Shown: positions 31,301 through 44,330 of the stretch, in pieces | Layout of the letters: the number at the start of each line of letters is the position of its first letter | Numbering within the stretch: position 1 is the first letter of the stretch | Source of the DNA: Gordius albopunctatus | Lineage: Eukaryota | Assembly (NCBI GenBank): GCA_964276515.1 | Contig: OZ193910.1 | Location: forward strand, 4,154,001-4,218,000 | Direction: 5' to 3' | Length of the DNA stretch: 64,000 nucleotides | The notes under the pieces: generated by a model | Seen by the model: the letters and a program-made list of their open reading frames with translations, nothing else | Database searches by the model: none | Told to the model about the DNA's origin: nothing | Position numbers and translations under genes: made by a program

Positions 31301-34300
31301 TTTAACATATATTTTGGACGTTCCTATTATATAAATGCGACTTTTTAATAAATAAATACAAATGATGTGAATCATTGAGACATTTAAAACAATGTAAGGA
31401 AATAGTTTAGTCATTTTAACATATATTTTGGACGTTCTTATTATATAAATGCGACTTTTTAATAAATAAATACAAATGATGTGAATCATTGAGACATTTA
31501 AAACAATGTAAGGAAACAGTTTAGTCATTTTAACATATATTTAGGACGTTCTTATTATATAAATGCGACTTTTTAATAAATAAAAAAAATGATGTGAATC
31601 ATTGAGACATTTAAAACAATGTAAGGAAATAGTTTAGTTATTTTAACATATATTTTGGACGTTCCTATTATATAAATGCGACTTTTTAATAAATAAAAAA
31701 AAATGATGTGAATCATTGAGACATTTAAAACAATGTAAGGAAATAGTTTAGTCATTTTAACATATATTTTGGACGTTCTTATTAAATAAATGCGACTTTT
31801 TAATAAATAAAAAAAAATGATGTGAATCATTGAGACATTTAAAACAATGTAAGGAAATAGTTTAGTTATTTTAACATATATTTTGGACGTTCTTATTATA
31901 TAAATGCGACTTTTTAATAAATAAAAAAAAATGATGTGAATCATTGAGACATTTAAAACAATGTAAGGAAATAGTTTAGTCATTTTAACATATATTTTGG
32001 ACGTTCTTATTATATAAATGCGACTTTTTAATAAATAAAAAAAAATGATGTGAATCATTGAGACATTTAAAACAATGTAAGGAAATAGTTTAGTCATTTT
32101 AACAAATATTTTAGACGTTCCTATTATATAAATGCGACTTTTTAATAAATAAAAAAAAATGATGTGAATCATTGAGACATTTAAAACAATGTAAGGAAAT
32201 AGTTTAGTCATTTTAACATATATTTTGGACGTTCCTATTATATAAATGCGACTTTTTAATAAATAAAAAAAAATGATGTGAATCATTGAGACATTTAAAA
32301 CAATGTAAGGAAATAGTTTAGTCATTTTAACATATATTTTGGACGTTCTTATTATATAAATGCGACTTTTTAATAAATAAAAAAAAATGATGTGAATCAT
32401 TGAGACATTTAAAACAATGTAAGGAAATAGTTTAGTCATTTTAACAAATATTTTAGACGTTCCTATTATATAAATGCGACTTTTTAATAAATAAAAAAAA
32501 ATGATGTGAATCATTGAGACATTTAAAACAATGTAAGGAAATAGTTTAGTCATTTTAACATATATTTTGGACGTTCCTATTATATAAATGCGACTTTTTA
32601 ATAAATAAATACAAATGATGTGAATCATTGAGACATTTAAAACAATGTAAGGAAATAGTTTAGTCATTTTAACATATATTTTGGACGTTCTTATTATATA
32701 AATGCGACTTTTTAATAAATAAAAAAAATGATGTGAATCATTGAGACATTTAAAACAATGTAAGGAAATAGTTTAGTCATTTTAACATATATTTTGGACG
32801 TTCTTATTATATAAATGCGACTTTTTAATAAATAAATACAAATGATGTGAATCATTGAGACATTTAAAACAATGTAAGGAAATAGTTTAGTCATTTTAAC
32901 AAATATTTTAGACGTTCCTATTATATAAATGCGACTTTTTAATAAATAAAAAAAAATGATGTGAATCATTGAGACATTTAAAACAATGTAAGGAAATAGT
33001 TTAGTCATTTTAACATATATTTTGGACGTTCCTATTATATAAATGCGACTTTTTAATAAATAAATACAAATGATGTGAATCATTGAGACATTTAAAACAA
33101 TGTAAGGAAATAGTTTAGTCATTTTAACATATATTTTGGACGTTCTTATTATATAAATGCGACTTTTTAATAAATAAAAAAAATGATGTGAATCATTGAG
33201 ACATTTAAAACAATGTAAGGAAATAGTTTAGTCATTTTAACATATATTTTGGACGTTCCTATTATATAAATGCGACTTTTTAATAAATAAATACAAATGA
33301 TGTGAATCATTGAGACATTTAAAACAATGTAAGGAAATAGTTTAGTCATTTTAACATATATTTTGGACGTTCCTATTATATAAATGCGACTTTTTAATAA
33401 ATAAATACAAATGATGTGAATCATTGAGACATTTAAAACAATGTAAGGAAATAGTTTAGTCATTTTAACATATATTTTGGACGTTCTTATTATATAAATG
33501 CGACTTTTTAATAAATAAAAAAAATGATGTGAATCATTGAGACATTTAAAACAATGTAAGGAAATAGTTTAGTCATTTTAACATATATTTTGGACGTTCT
33601 TATTATATAAATGCGACTTTTTAATAAATAAAAAAAAATGATGTGAATCATTGAGACATTTAAAACAATGTAAGGAAATAGTTTAGTCATTTTAACAAAT
33701 ATTTTGGACGTTCCTATTATATAAATGCGACTTTTTAATAAATAAATACAAATGATGTGAATCATTGAGACATTTAAAACAATGTAAGGAAACAGTTTAG
33801 TCATTTTAACATATATTTAGGACGTTCTTATTATATAAATGCGACTTTTTAATAAATAAAAAAAAATGATGTGAATCATTGAGACATTTAAAACAATGTA
33901 AGGAAATAGTTTAGTCATTTTAACATATATTTTGGACGTTCCTATTATATAAATGCGACTTTTTAATAAATAAATACAAATGATGTGAATCATTGAGACA
34001 TTTAAAACAATGTAAGGAAATAGTTTAGTCATTTTAACATATATTTTGGACGTTCCTATTATATAAATGCGACTTTTTAATAAATAAAAAAAAATGATGT
34101 GAATCATTGAGACATTTAAAACAATGTAAGGAAATAGTTTAGTCATTTTAACATATATTTTGGACGTTCTTATTATATAAATGCGACTTTTTAATAAATA
34201 AATACAAATGATGTGAATCATTGAGACATTTAAAACAATGTAAGGAAATAGTTTAGTCATTTTAACATATATTTTGGACGTTCTTATTATATAAATGCGA

Positions 34301-37300
34301 CTTTTTAATAAATAAATACAAATGATGTGAATCATTGAGACATTTAAAACAATGTAAGGAAATAGTTTAGTCATTTTAACATATATTTTGGACGTTCCTA
34401 TTATATAAATGCGACTTTTTAATAAATAAAAAAAAATGATGTGAATCATTGAGACATTTAAAACAATGTAAGGAAATAGTTTAGTCATTTTAACATATAT
34501 TTTGGACGTTCTTATTATATAAATGCGACTTTTTAATAAATAAATACAAATGATGTGAATCATTGAGACATTTAAAACAATGTAAGGAAATAGTTTAGTC
34601 ATTTTAACATATATTTTGGACGTTCTTATTATATAAATGCGACTTTTTAATAAATAAAAAAAATGATGTGAATCATTGAGACATTTAAAACAATGTAAGG
34701 AAATAGTTTAGTCATTTTAACATATATTTTGGACGTTCTTATTATATAAATGCGACTTTTTAATAAATAAAAAAAAATGATGTGAATCATTGAGACATTT
34801 AAAACAATGTAAGGAAATAGTTTAGTTATTTTAACATATATTTTGGACGTTCTTATTATATAAATGCGACTTTTTAATAAATAAAAAAAAATGATGTGAA
34901 TCATTGAGACATTTAAAACAATGTAAGGAAATAGTTTAGTCATTTTAACATATATTTTGGACGTTCTTATTATATAAATGCGACTTTTTAATAAATAAAT
35001 ACAAATGATGTGAATCATTGAGACATTTAAAACAATGTAAGGAAATAGTTTAGTCATTTTAACATATATTTTGGACGTTCTTATTATATAAATGCGACTT
35101 TTTAATAAATAAAAAAAAATGATGTGAATCATTGAGACATTTAAAACAATGTAAGGAAATAGTTTAGTCATTTTAACATATATTTTGGGCGTTCCTATTA
35201 TATAAATGCGACTTTTTAATAAATAAAAAAAAATAATGTGAATCATTGAGACATTTAAAACAATGTAAGGAAATAGTTTAGTCATTTTAACATATATTTT
35301 GGACGTTCCTATTATATAAATGCGACTTTTTAATAAATAAATACAAATGATGTGAATCATTGAGACATTTAAAACAATGTAAGGAAATAGTTTAGTCATT
35401 TTAACATATATTTTGGACGTTCCTATTATATAAATGCGACTTTTTAATAAATAAATACAAATGATGTGAATCATTGAGACATTTAAAACAATGTAAGGAA
35501 ATAGTTTAGTCATTTTAACATATATTTTGGACGTTCTTATTATATAAATGCGACTTTTTAATAAATAAAAAAAAATGATGTGAATCATTGAGACATTTAA
35601 AACAATGTAAGGAAATAGTTTAGTCATTTTAACATATATTTTGGGCGTTCCTATTATATAAATGCGACTTTTTAATAAATAAAAAAAAATAATGTGAATC
35701 ATTGAGACATTTAAAACAATGTAAGGAAATAGTTTAGTCATTTTAACATATATTTTGGACGTTCCTATTATATAAATGCGACTTTTTAATAAATAAATAC
35801 AAATGATGTGAATCATTGAGACATTTAAAACAATGTAAGGAAATAGTTTAGTCATTTTAACATATATTTTGGACGTTCCTATTATATAAATGCGACTTTT
35901 TAATAAATAAAAAAAAATGATGTGAATCATTGAGACATTTAAAACAATGTAAGGAAATAGTTTAGTCATTTTAACATATATTTTGGACGTTCTTATTATA
36001 TAAATGCGACTTTTTAATAAATAAATACAAATGATGTGAATCATTGAGACATTTAAAACAATGTAAGGAAATAGTTTAGTCATTTTAACATATATTTTGG
36101 ACGTTCTTATTATATAAATGCGACTTTTTAATAAATAAATACAAATGATGTGAATCATTGAGACATTTAAAACAATGTAAGGAAATAGTTTAGTCATTTT
36201 AACATATATTTTGGACGTTCCTATTATATAAATGCGACTTTTTAATAAATAAAAAAAAATGATGTGAATCATTGAGACATTTAAAACAATGTAAGGAAAT
36301 AGTTTAGTCATTTTAACATATATTTTGGACGTTCTTATTATATAAATGCGACTTTTTAATAAATAAATACAAATGATGTGAATCATTGAGACATTTAAAA
36401 CAATGTAAGGAAATAGTTTAGTCATTTTAACATATATTTTGGACGTTCTTATTATATAAATGCGACTTTTTAATAAATAAAAAAAATGATGTGAATCATT
36501 GAGACATTTAAAACAATGTAAGGAAATAGTTTAGTCATTTTAACATATATTTTGGACGTTCTTATTATATAAATGCGACTTTTTAATAAATAAAAAAAAA
36601 TGATGTGAATCATTGAGACATTTAAAACAATGTAAGGAAATAGTTTAGTTATTTTAACATATATTTTGGACGTTCTTATTATATAAATGCGACTTTTTAA
36701 TAAATAAAAAAAAATGATGTGAATCATTGAGACATTTAAAACAATGTAAGGAAATAGTTTAGTCATTTTAACATATATTTTGGACGTTCTTATTATATAA
36801 ATGCGACTTTTTAATAAATAAAAAAAAATGATGTGAATCATTGAGACATTTAAAACAATGTAAGGAAATAGTTTAGTCATTTTAACAAATATTTTAGACG
36901 TTCCTATTATATAAATGCGACTTTTTAATAAATAAAAAAAAATGATGTGAATCATTGAGACATTTAAAACAATGTAAGGAAATAGTTTAGTCATTTTAAC
37001 ATATATTTTGGACGTTCCTATTATATAAATGCGACTTTTTAATAAATAAATACAAATGATGTGAATCATTGAGACATTTAAAACAATGTAAGGAAATAGT
37101 TTAGTCATTTTAACATATATTTTGGACGTTCTTATTATATAAATGCGACTTTTTAATAAATAAAAAAAATGATGTGAATCATTGAGACATTTAAAACAAT
37201 GTAAGGAAATAGTTTAGTCATTTTAACATATATTTTGGACGTTCCTATTATATAAATGCGACTTTTTAATAAATAAATACAAATGATGTGAATAATTGAG

Positions 37301-37834
37301 ACATTTAAAACAATGTAAGGAAATAGTTTAGTCATTTTAACATATATTTTGGACGTTCCTATTATATAAATGCGACTTTTTAATAAATAAATACAAATGA
37401 TGTGAATCATTGAGACATTTAAAACAATGTAAGGAAATAGTTTAGTCATTTTAACATATATTTTGGACGTTCTTATTATATAAATGCGACTTTTTAATAA
37501 ATAAAAAAAATGATGTGAATCATTGAGACATTTAAAACAATGTAAGGAAATAGTTTAGTCATTTTAACATATATTTTGGACGTTCTTATTATATAAATGC
37601 GACTTTTTAATAAATAAAAAAAAATGATGTGAATCATTGAGACATTTAAAACAATGTAAGGAAATAGTTTAGTCATTTTAACAAATATTTTGGACGTTCC
37701 TATTATATAAATGCGACTTTTTAATAAATAAATACAAATGATGTGAATCATTGAGACATTTAAAACAATGTAAGGAAACAGTTTAGTCATTTTAACATAT
37801 ATTTAGGACGTTCTTATTATATAAATGCGACTTT
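25315..37834 (+). repeat. Higher-order repeat copy 3 (12,520 bp)
   Basis: Same variant order at +25039 from copy 1, with differences at 29885, ~33308 and 33868. Confidence 0.95.
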
Positions 37835-40800
37835 TTAATAAATAAAAAAAATGATGTGAATCATTGAGACATTTAAAACAATGTAAGGAAATAGTTTAGT
37901 TATTTTAACATATATTTTGGACGTTCCTATTATATAAATGCGACTTTTTAATAAATAAATACAAATGATGTGAATCATTGAGACATTTAAAACAATGTAA
38001 GGAAATAGTTTAGTCATTTTAACATATATTTTGGATGTTCTTATTATATAAATGCGACTTTTTAATAAATAAAAAAAAATGATGTGAATCATTGAGACAT
38101 TTAAAACAATGTAAGGAAATAGTTTAGTCATTTTAACATATATTTTGGACGTTCCTATTATATAAATGCGACTTTTTAATAAATAAATACAAATGATGTG
38201 AATCATTGAGACATTTAAAACAATGTAAGGAAATAGTTTAGTTATTTTAACATATATTTTGGACGTTCTTATTATATAAATGCGACTTTTTAATAAATAA
38301 AAAAAAATGATGTAAATAATTGAGATATTTAAAACAATGTAAGGAAATAGTTTAGTCATTTTAACATATATTTTGGACGTTCTTATTATATAAATGCGAC
38401 TTTTTAATAAATAAATACAAATGATGTGAATCATTGAGACATTTAAAACAATGTAAGGAAATAGTTTAGTTATTTTAACATATATTTTGGACGTTCCTAT
38501 TATATAAATGCGACTTTTTAATAAATAAATACAAATGATGTGAATCATTGAGACATTTAAAACAATGTAAGGAAATAGTTTAGTCATTTTAACATATATT
38601 TTGGATGTTCTTATTATATAAATGCGACTTTTTAATAAATAAAAAAAATGATGTGAATCATTGAGACATTTAAAACAATGTAAGGAAATAGTTTAGTCAT
38701 TTTAACATATATTTTGGACGTTCTTATTATATAAATGCGACTTTTTAATAAATAAAAAAAAATGATGTGAATCATTGAGACATTTAAAACAATGTAAGGA
38801 AATAGTTTAGTTATTTTAACATATATTTTGGACGTTCTTATTATATAAATGCGACTTTTTAATAAATAAAAAAAATGATGTGAATCATTGAGACATTTAA
38901 AACAATGTAAGGAAATAGTTTAGTCATTTTAACATATATTTTGGACGTTCTTATTATATAAATGCGACTTTTTAATAAATAAATACAAATGATGTGAATC
39001 ATTGAGACATTTAAAACAATGTAAGGAAATAGTTTAGTCATTTTAACATATATTTTGGACGTTCTTATTATATAAATGCGACTTTTTAATAAATAAATAC
39101 AAATGATGTGAATCATTGAGACATTTAAAACAATGTAAGGAAATAGTTTAGTCATTTTAACATATATTTTGGACGTTCCTATTATATAAATGCGACTTTT
39201 TAATAAATAAATACAAATGATGTGAATCATTGAGACATTTAAAACAATGTAAGGAAATAGTTTAGTCATTTTAACATATATTTTGGACGTTCTTATTATA
39301 TAAATGCGACTTTTTAATAAATAAAAAAAATGATGTGAATCATTGAGACATTTAAAACAATGTAAGGAAATAGTTTAGTCATTTTAACATATATTTTGGA
39401 CGTTCCTATTATATAAATGCGACTTTTTAATAAATAAATACAAATGATGTGAATAATTGAGACATTTAAAACAATGTAAGGAAATAGTTTAGTCATTTTA
39501 ACATATATTTTGGACGTTCTTATTATATAAATGCGACTTTTTAATAAATAAATACAAATGATGTGAATCATTGAGACATTTAAAACAATGTAAGGAAATA
39601 GTTTAGTCATTTTAACATATATTTTGCACGTTCCTATTATATAAATGCGACTTTTTAATAAATAAATACAAATGATGTGAATCATTGAGACATTTAAAAC
39701 AATGTAAGGAAATAGTTTAGTCATTTTAACATATATTTTGGACGTTCTTATTATATAAATGCGACTTTTTAATAAATAAAAAAAATGATGTGAATCATTG
39801 AGACATTTAAAACAATGTAAGGAAATAGTTTAGTCATTTTAACATATATTTTGGACGTTCCTATTATAAAAATGCGACTTTTTAATAAATAAATACAAAT
39901 GATGTGAATAATTGAGACATTTAAAACAATGTAAGGAAATAGTTTAGTTATTTTAACATATATTTTGGACGTTCTTATTATATAAATGCGACTTTTTAAT
40001 AAATAAATACAAATGATGTGAATCATTGAGACATTTAAAACAATGTAAGGAAATAGTTTAGTCATTTTAACATATATTTTGGACGTTCCTATTATATAAA
40101 TGCGACTTTTTAATAAATAAATACAAATGATGTGAATCATTGAGACATTTAAAACAATGTAAGGAAATAGTTTAGTCATTTTAACATATATTTTGGACGT
40201 TCTTATTATATAAATGCGACTTTTTAATAAATAAAAAAAATGATGTGAATCATTGAGACATTTAAAACAATGTAAGGAAATAGTTTAGTCATTTTAACAT
40301 ATATTTTGGACGTTCTTATTATATAAATGCGACTTTTTAATAAATAAATACAAATGATGTGAATCATTGAGACATTTAAAACAATGTAAGGAAATAGTTT
40401 AGTCATTTTAACATATATTTTGGACGTTCTTATTATATAAATGCGACTTTTTAATAAATAAATACAAATGATGTGAATCATTGAGACATTTAAAACAATG
40501 TAAGGAAATAGTTTAGTCATTTTAACATATATTTTGGACGTTCCTATTATATAAATGCGACTTTTTAATAAATAAAAAAAAATGATGTGAATCATTGAGA
40601 CATTTAAAACAATGTAAGGAAATAGTTTAGTCATTTTAACATATATTTTGGACGTTCTTATTATATAAATGCGACTTTTTAATAAATAAAAAAAATGATG
40701 TGAATCATTGAGACATTTAAAACAATGTAAGGAAATAGTTTAGTCATTTTAACATATATTTTGGACGTTCCTATTATATAAATGCGACTTTTTAATAAAT

Positions 40801-43800
40801 AAATACAAATGATGTGAATAATTGAGACATTTAAAACAATGTAAGGAAATAGTTTAGTCATTTTAACATATATTTTGGACGTTCCTATTATATAAATGCG
40901 ACTTTTTAATAAATAAATACAAATGATGTGAATCATTGAGACATTTAAAACAATGTAAGGAAATAGTTTAGTCATTTTAACATATATTTTGGACGTTCTT
41001 ATTATATAAATGCGACTTTTTAATAAATAAAAAAAAATGATGTGAATCATTGAGACATTTAAAACAATGTAAGGAAATAGTTTAGTCATTTTAACAAATA
41101 TTTTGGACGTTCCTATTATATAAATGCGACTTTTTAATAAATAAATACAAATGATGTGAATCATTGAGACATTTAAAACAATGTAAGGAAACAGTTTAGT
41201 CATTTTAACATATATTTTGGACGTTCTTATTATATAAATGCGACTTTTTAATAAATAAAAAAAATGATGTGAATCATTGAGACATTTAAAACAATGTAAG
41301 GAAATAGTTTAGTCATTTTAACATATATTTTGGACGTTCCTATTATATAAATGCGACTTTTTAATAAATAAATACAAATGATGTGAATCATTGAGACATT
41401 TAAAACAATGTAAGGAAATAGTTTAGTTATTTTAACATATATTTTGGACGTTCTTATTATATAAATGCGACTTTTTAATAAATAAAAAAAAATGATGTAA
41501 ATAATTGAGATATTTAAAACAATGTAAGGAAATAGTTTAGTCATTTTAACATATATTTTGGACGTTCTTATTATATAAATGCGACTTTTTAATAAATAAA
41601 TACAAATGATGTGAATCATTGAGACATTTAAAACAATGTAAGGAAATAGTTTAGTCATTTTAACATATATTTTGGACGTTCCTATTATATAAATGCGACT
41701 TTTTAATAAATAAATACAAATGATGTGAATCATTGAGACATTTAAAACAATGTAAGGAAATAGTTTAGTCATTTTAACATATATTTTGGACGTTCTTATT
41801 ATATAAATGCGACTTTTTAATAAATAAAAAAAATGATGTGAATCATTGAGACATTTAAAACAATGTAAGGAAATAGTTTAGTTATTTTAACATATATTTT
41901 GGACGTTCCTATTATATAAATGCGACTTTTTAATAAATAAATACAAATGATGTGAATCATTGAGACATTTAAAACAATGTAAGGAAATAGTTTAGTCATT
42001 TTAACATATATTTTGGACGTTCTTATTATATAAATGCGACTTTTTAATAAATAAATACAAATGATGTGAATCATTGAGACATTTAAAACAATGTAAGGAA
42101 ATAGTTTAGTTATTTTAACATATATTTTGGACGTTCCTATTATATAAATGCGACTTTTTAATAAATAAAAAAAAATGATGTAAATAATTGAGATATTTAA
42201 AACAATGTAAGGAAATAGTTTAGTCATTTTAACATATATTTTGGACGTTCTTATTATATAAATGCGACTTTTTAATAAATAAATACAAATGATGTGAATC
42301 ATTGAGACATTTAAAACAATGTAAGGAAATAGTTTAGTCATTTTAACATATATTTTGGACGTTCCTATTATATAAATGCGACTTTTTAATAAATAAATAC
42401 AAATTATGTGAATCATTGAGACATTTAAAACAATGTAAGGAAATAGTTTAGTCATTTTAACATATATTTTGGACGTTCTTATTATATAAATGCGACTTTT
42501 TAATAAATAAAAAAAATGATGTGAATCATTGAGACATTTAAAACAATGTAAGGAAATAGTTTAGTCATTTTAACATATATTTTGGACGTTCCTATTATAT
42601 AAATGCGACTTTTTAATAAATAAATACAAATGATGTGAATCATTGAGACATTTAAAACAATGTAAGGAAATAGTTTAGTTATTTTAACATATATTTTGGA
42701 CGTTCTTATTATATAAATGCGACTTTTTAATAAATAAAAAAAATGATGTGAATCATTGAGACATTTAAAACAATGTAAGGAAATAGTTTAGTCATTTTAA
42801 CATATATTTTGGACGTTCTTATTATATAAATGCGACTTTTTAATAAATAAAAAAAAATGATGTGAATCATTGAGACATTTAAAACAATGTAAGGAAATAG
42901 TTTAGTTATTTTAACATATATTTTGGACGTTCCTATTATATAAATGCGACTTTTTAATAAATAAATACAAATGATGTGAATCATTGAGACATTTAAAACA
43001 ATGTAAGGAAATAGTTTAGTTATTTTAACATATATTTTGGACGTTCTTATTATATAAATGCGACTTTTTAATAAATAAAAAAAAATGATGTGAATAATTG
43101 AGATATTTAAAACAATGTAAGGAAATAGTTTAGTCATTTTAACATATATTTTGGACGTTCTTATTATATAAATGCGACTTTTTAATAAATAAATACAAAT
43201 GATGTGAATCATTGAGACATTTAAAACAATGTAAGGAAATAGTTTAGTCATTTTAACATATATTTTGGACGTTCCTATTATATAAATGCGACTTTTTAAT
43301 AAATAAATACAAATGATGTGAATCATTGAGACATTTAAAACAATGTAAGGAAATAGTTTAGTCATTTTAACATATATTTTGGACGTTCTTATTATATAAA
43401 TGCGACTTTTTAATAAATAAAAAAAATGATGTGAATCATTGAGACATTTAAAACAATGTAAGGAAATAGTTTAGTTATTTTAACATATATTTTGGACGTT
43501 CCTATTATATAAATGCGACTTTTTAATAAATAAATACAAATGATGTGAATCATTGAGACATTTAAAACAATGTAAGGAAATAGTTTAGTCATTTTAACAT
43601 ATATTTTGGACGTTCTTATTATATAAATGCGACTTTTTAATAAATAAAAAAAAATGATGTGAATCATTGAGACATTTAAAACAATGTAAGGAAATAGTTT
43701 AGTCATTTTAACATATATTTTGGGCGTTCCTATTATATAAATGCGACTTTTTAATAAATAAAAAAAAATAATGTGAATCATTGAGACATTTAAAACAATG

Positions 43801-44330
43801 TAAGGAAATAGTTTAGTCATTTTAACATATATTTTGGACGTTCCTATTATATAAATGCGACTTTTTAATAAATAAATACAAATGATGTGAATCATTGAGA
43901 CATTTAAAACAATGTAAGGAAATAGTTTAGTCATTTTAACATATATTTTGGACGTTCTTATTATATAAATGCGACTTTTTAATAAATAAATACAAATGAT
44001 GTGAATCATTGAGACATTTAAAACAATGTAAGGAAACAGTTTAGTCATTTTAACATATATTTAGGACGTTCTTATTATATAAATGCGACTTTTTAATAAA
44101 TAAAAAAAATGATGTGAATCATTGAGACATTTAAAACAATGTAAGGAAATAGTTTAGTTATTTTAACATATATTTTGGACGTTCCTATTATATAAATGCG
44201 ACTTTTTAATAAATAAAAAAAAATGATGTGAATCATTGAGACATTTAAAACAATGTAAGGAAATAGTTTAGTCATTTTAACATATATTTTGGACGTTCTT
44301 ATTAAATAAATGCGACTTTTTAATAAATAA
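37835..44330 (+). repeat. Higher-order repeat copy 4, partial (~57 monomers)
   Basis: Follows copy 1 at +37559 up to the attaAataaatgcg monomer (~44305). The variant order departs from the HOR at ~44332 (atacaaa where copy 1 has an A9 run). Confidence 0.88.
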
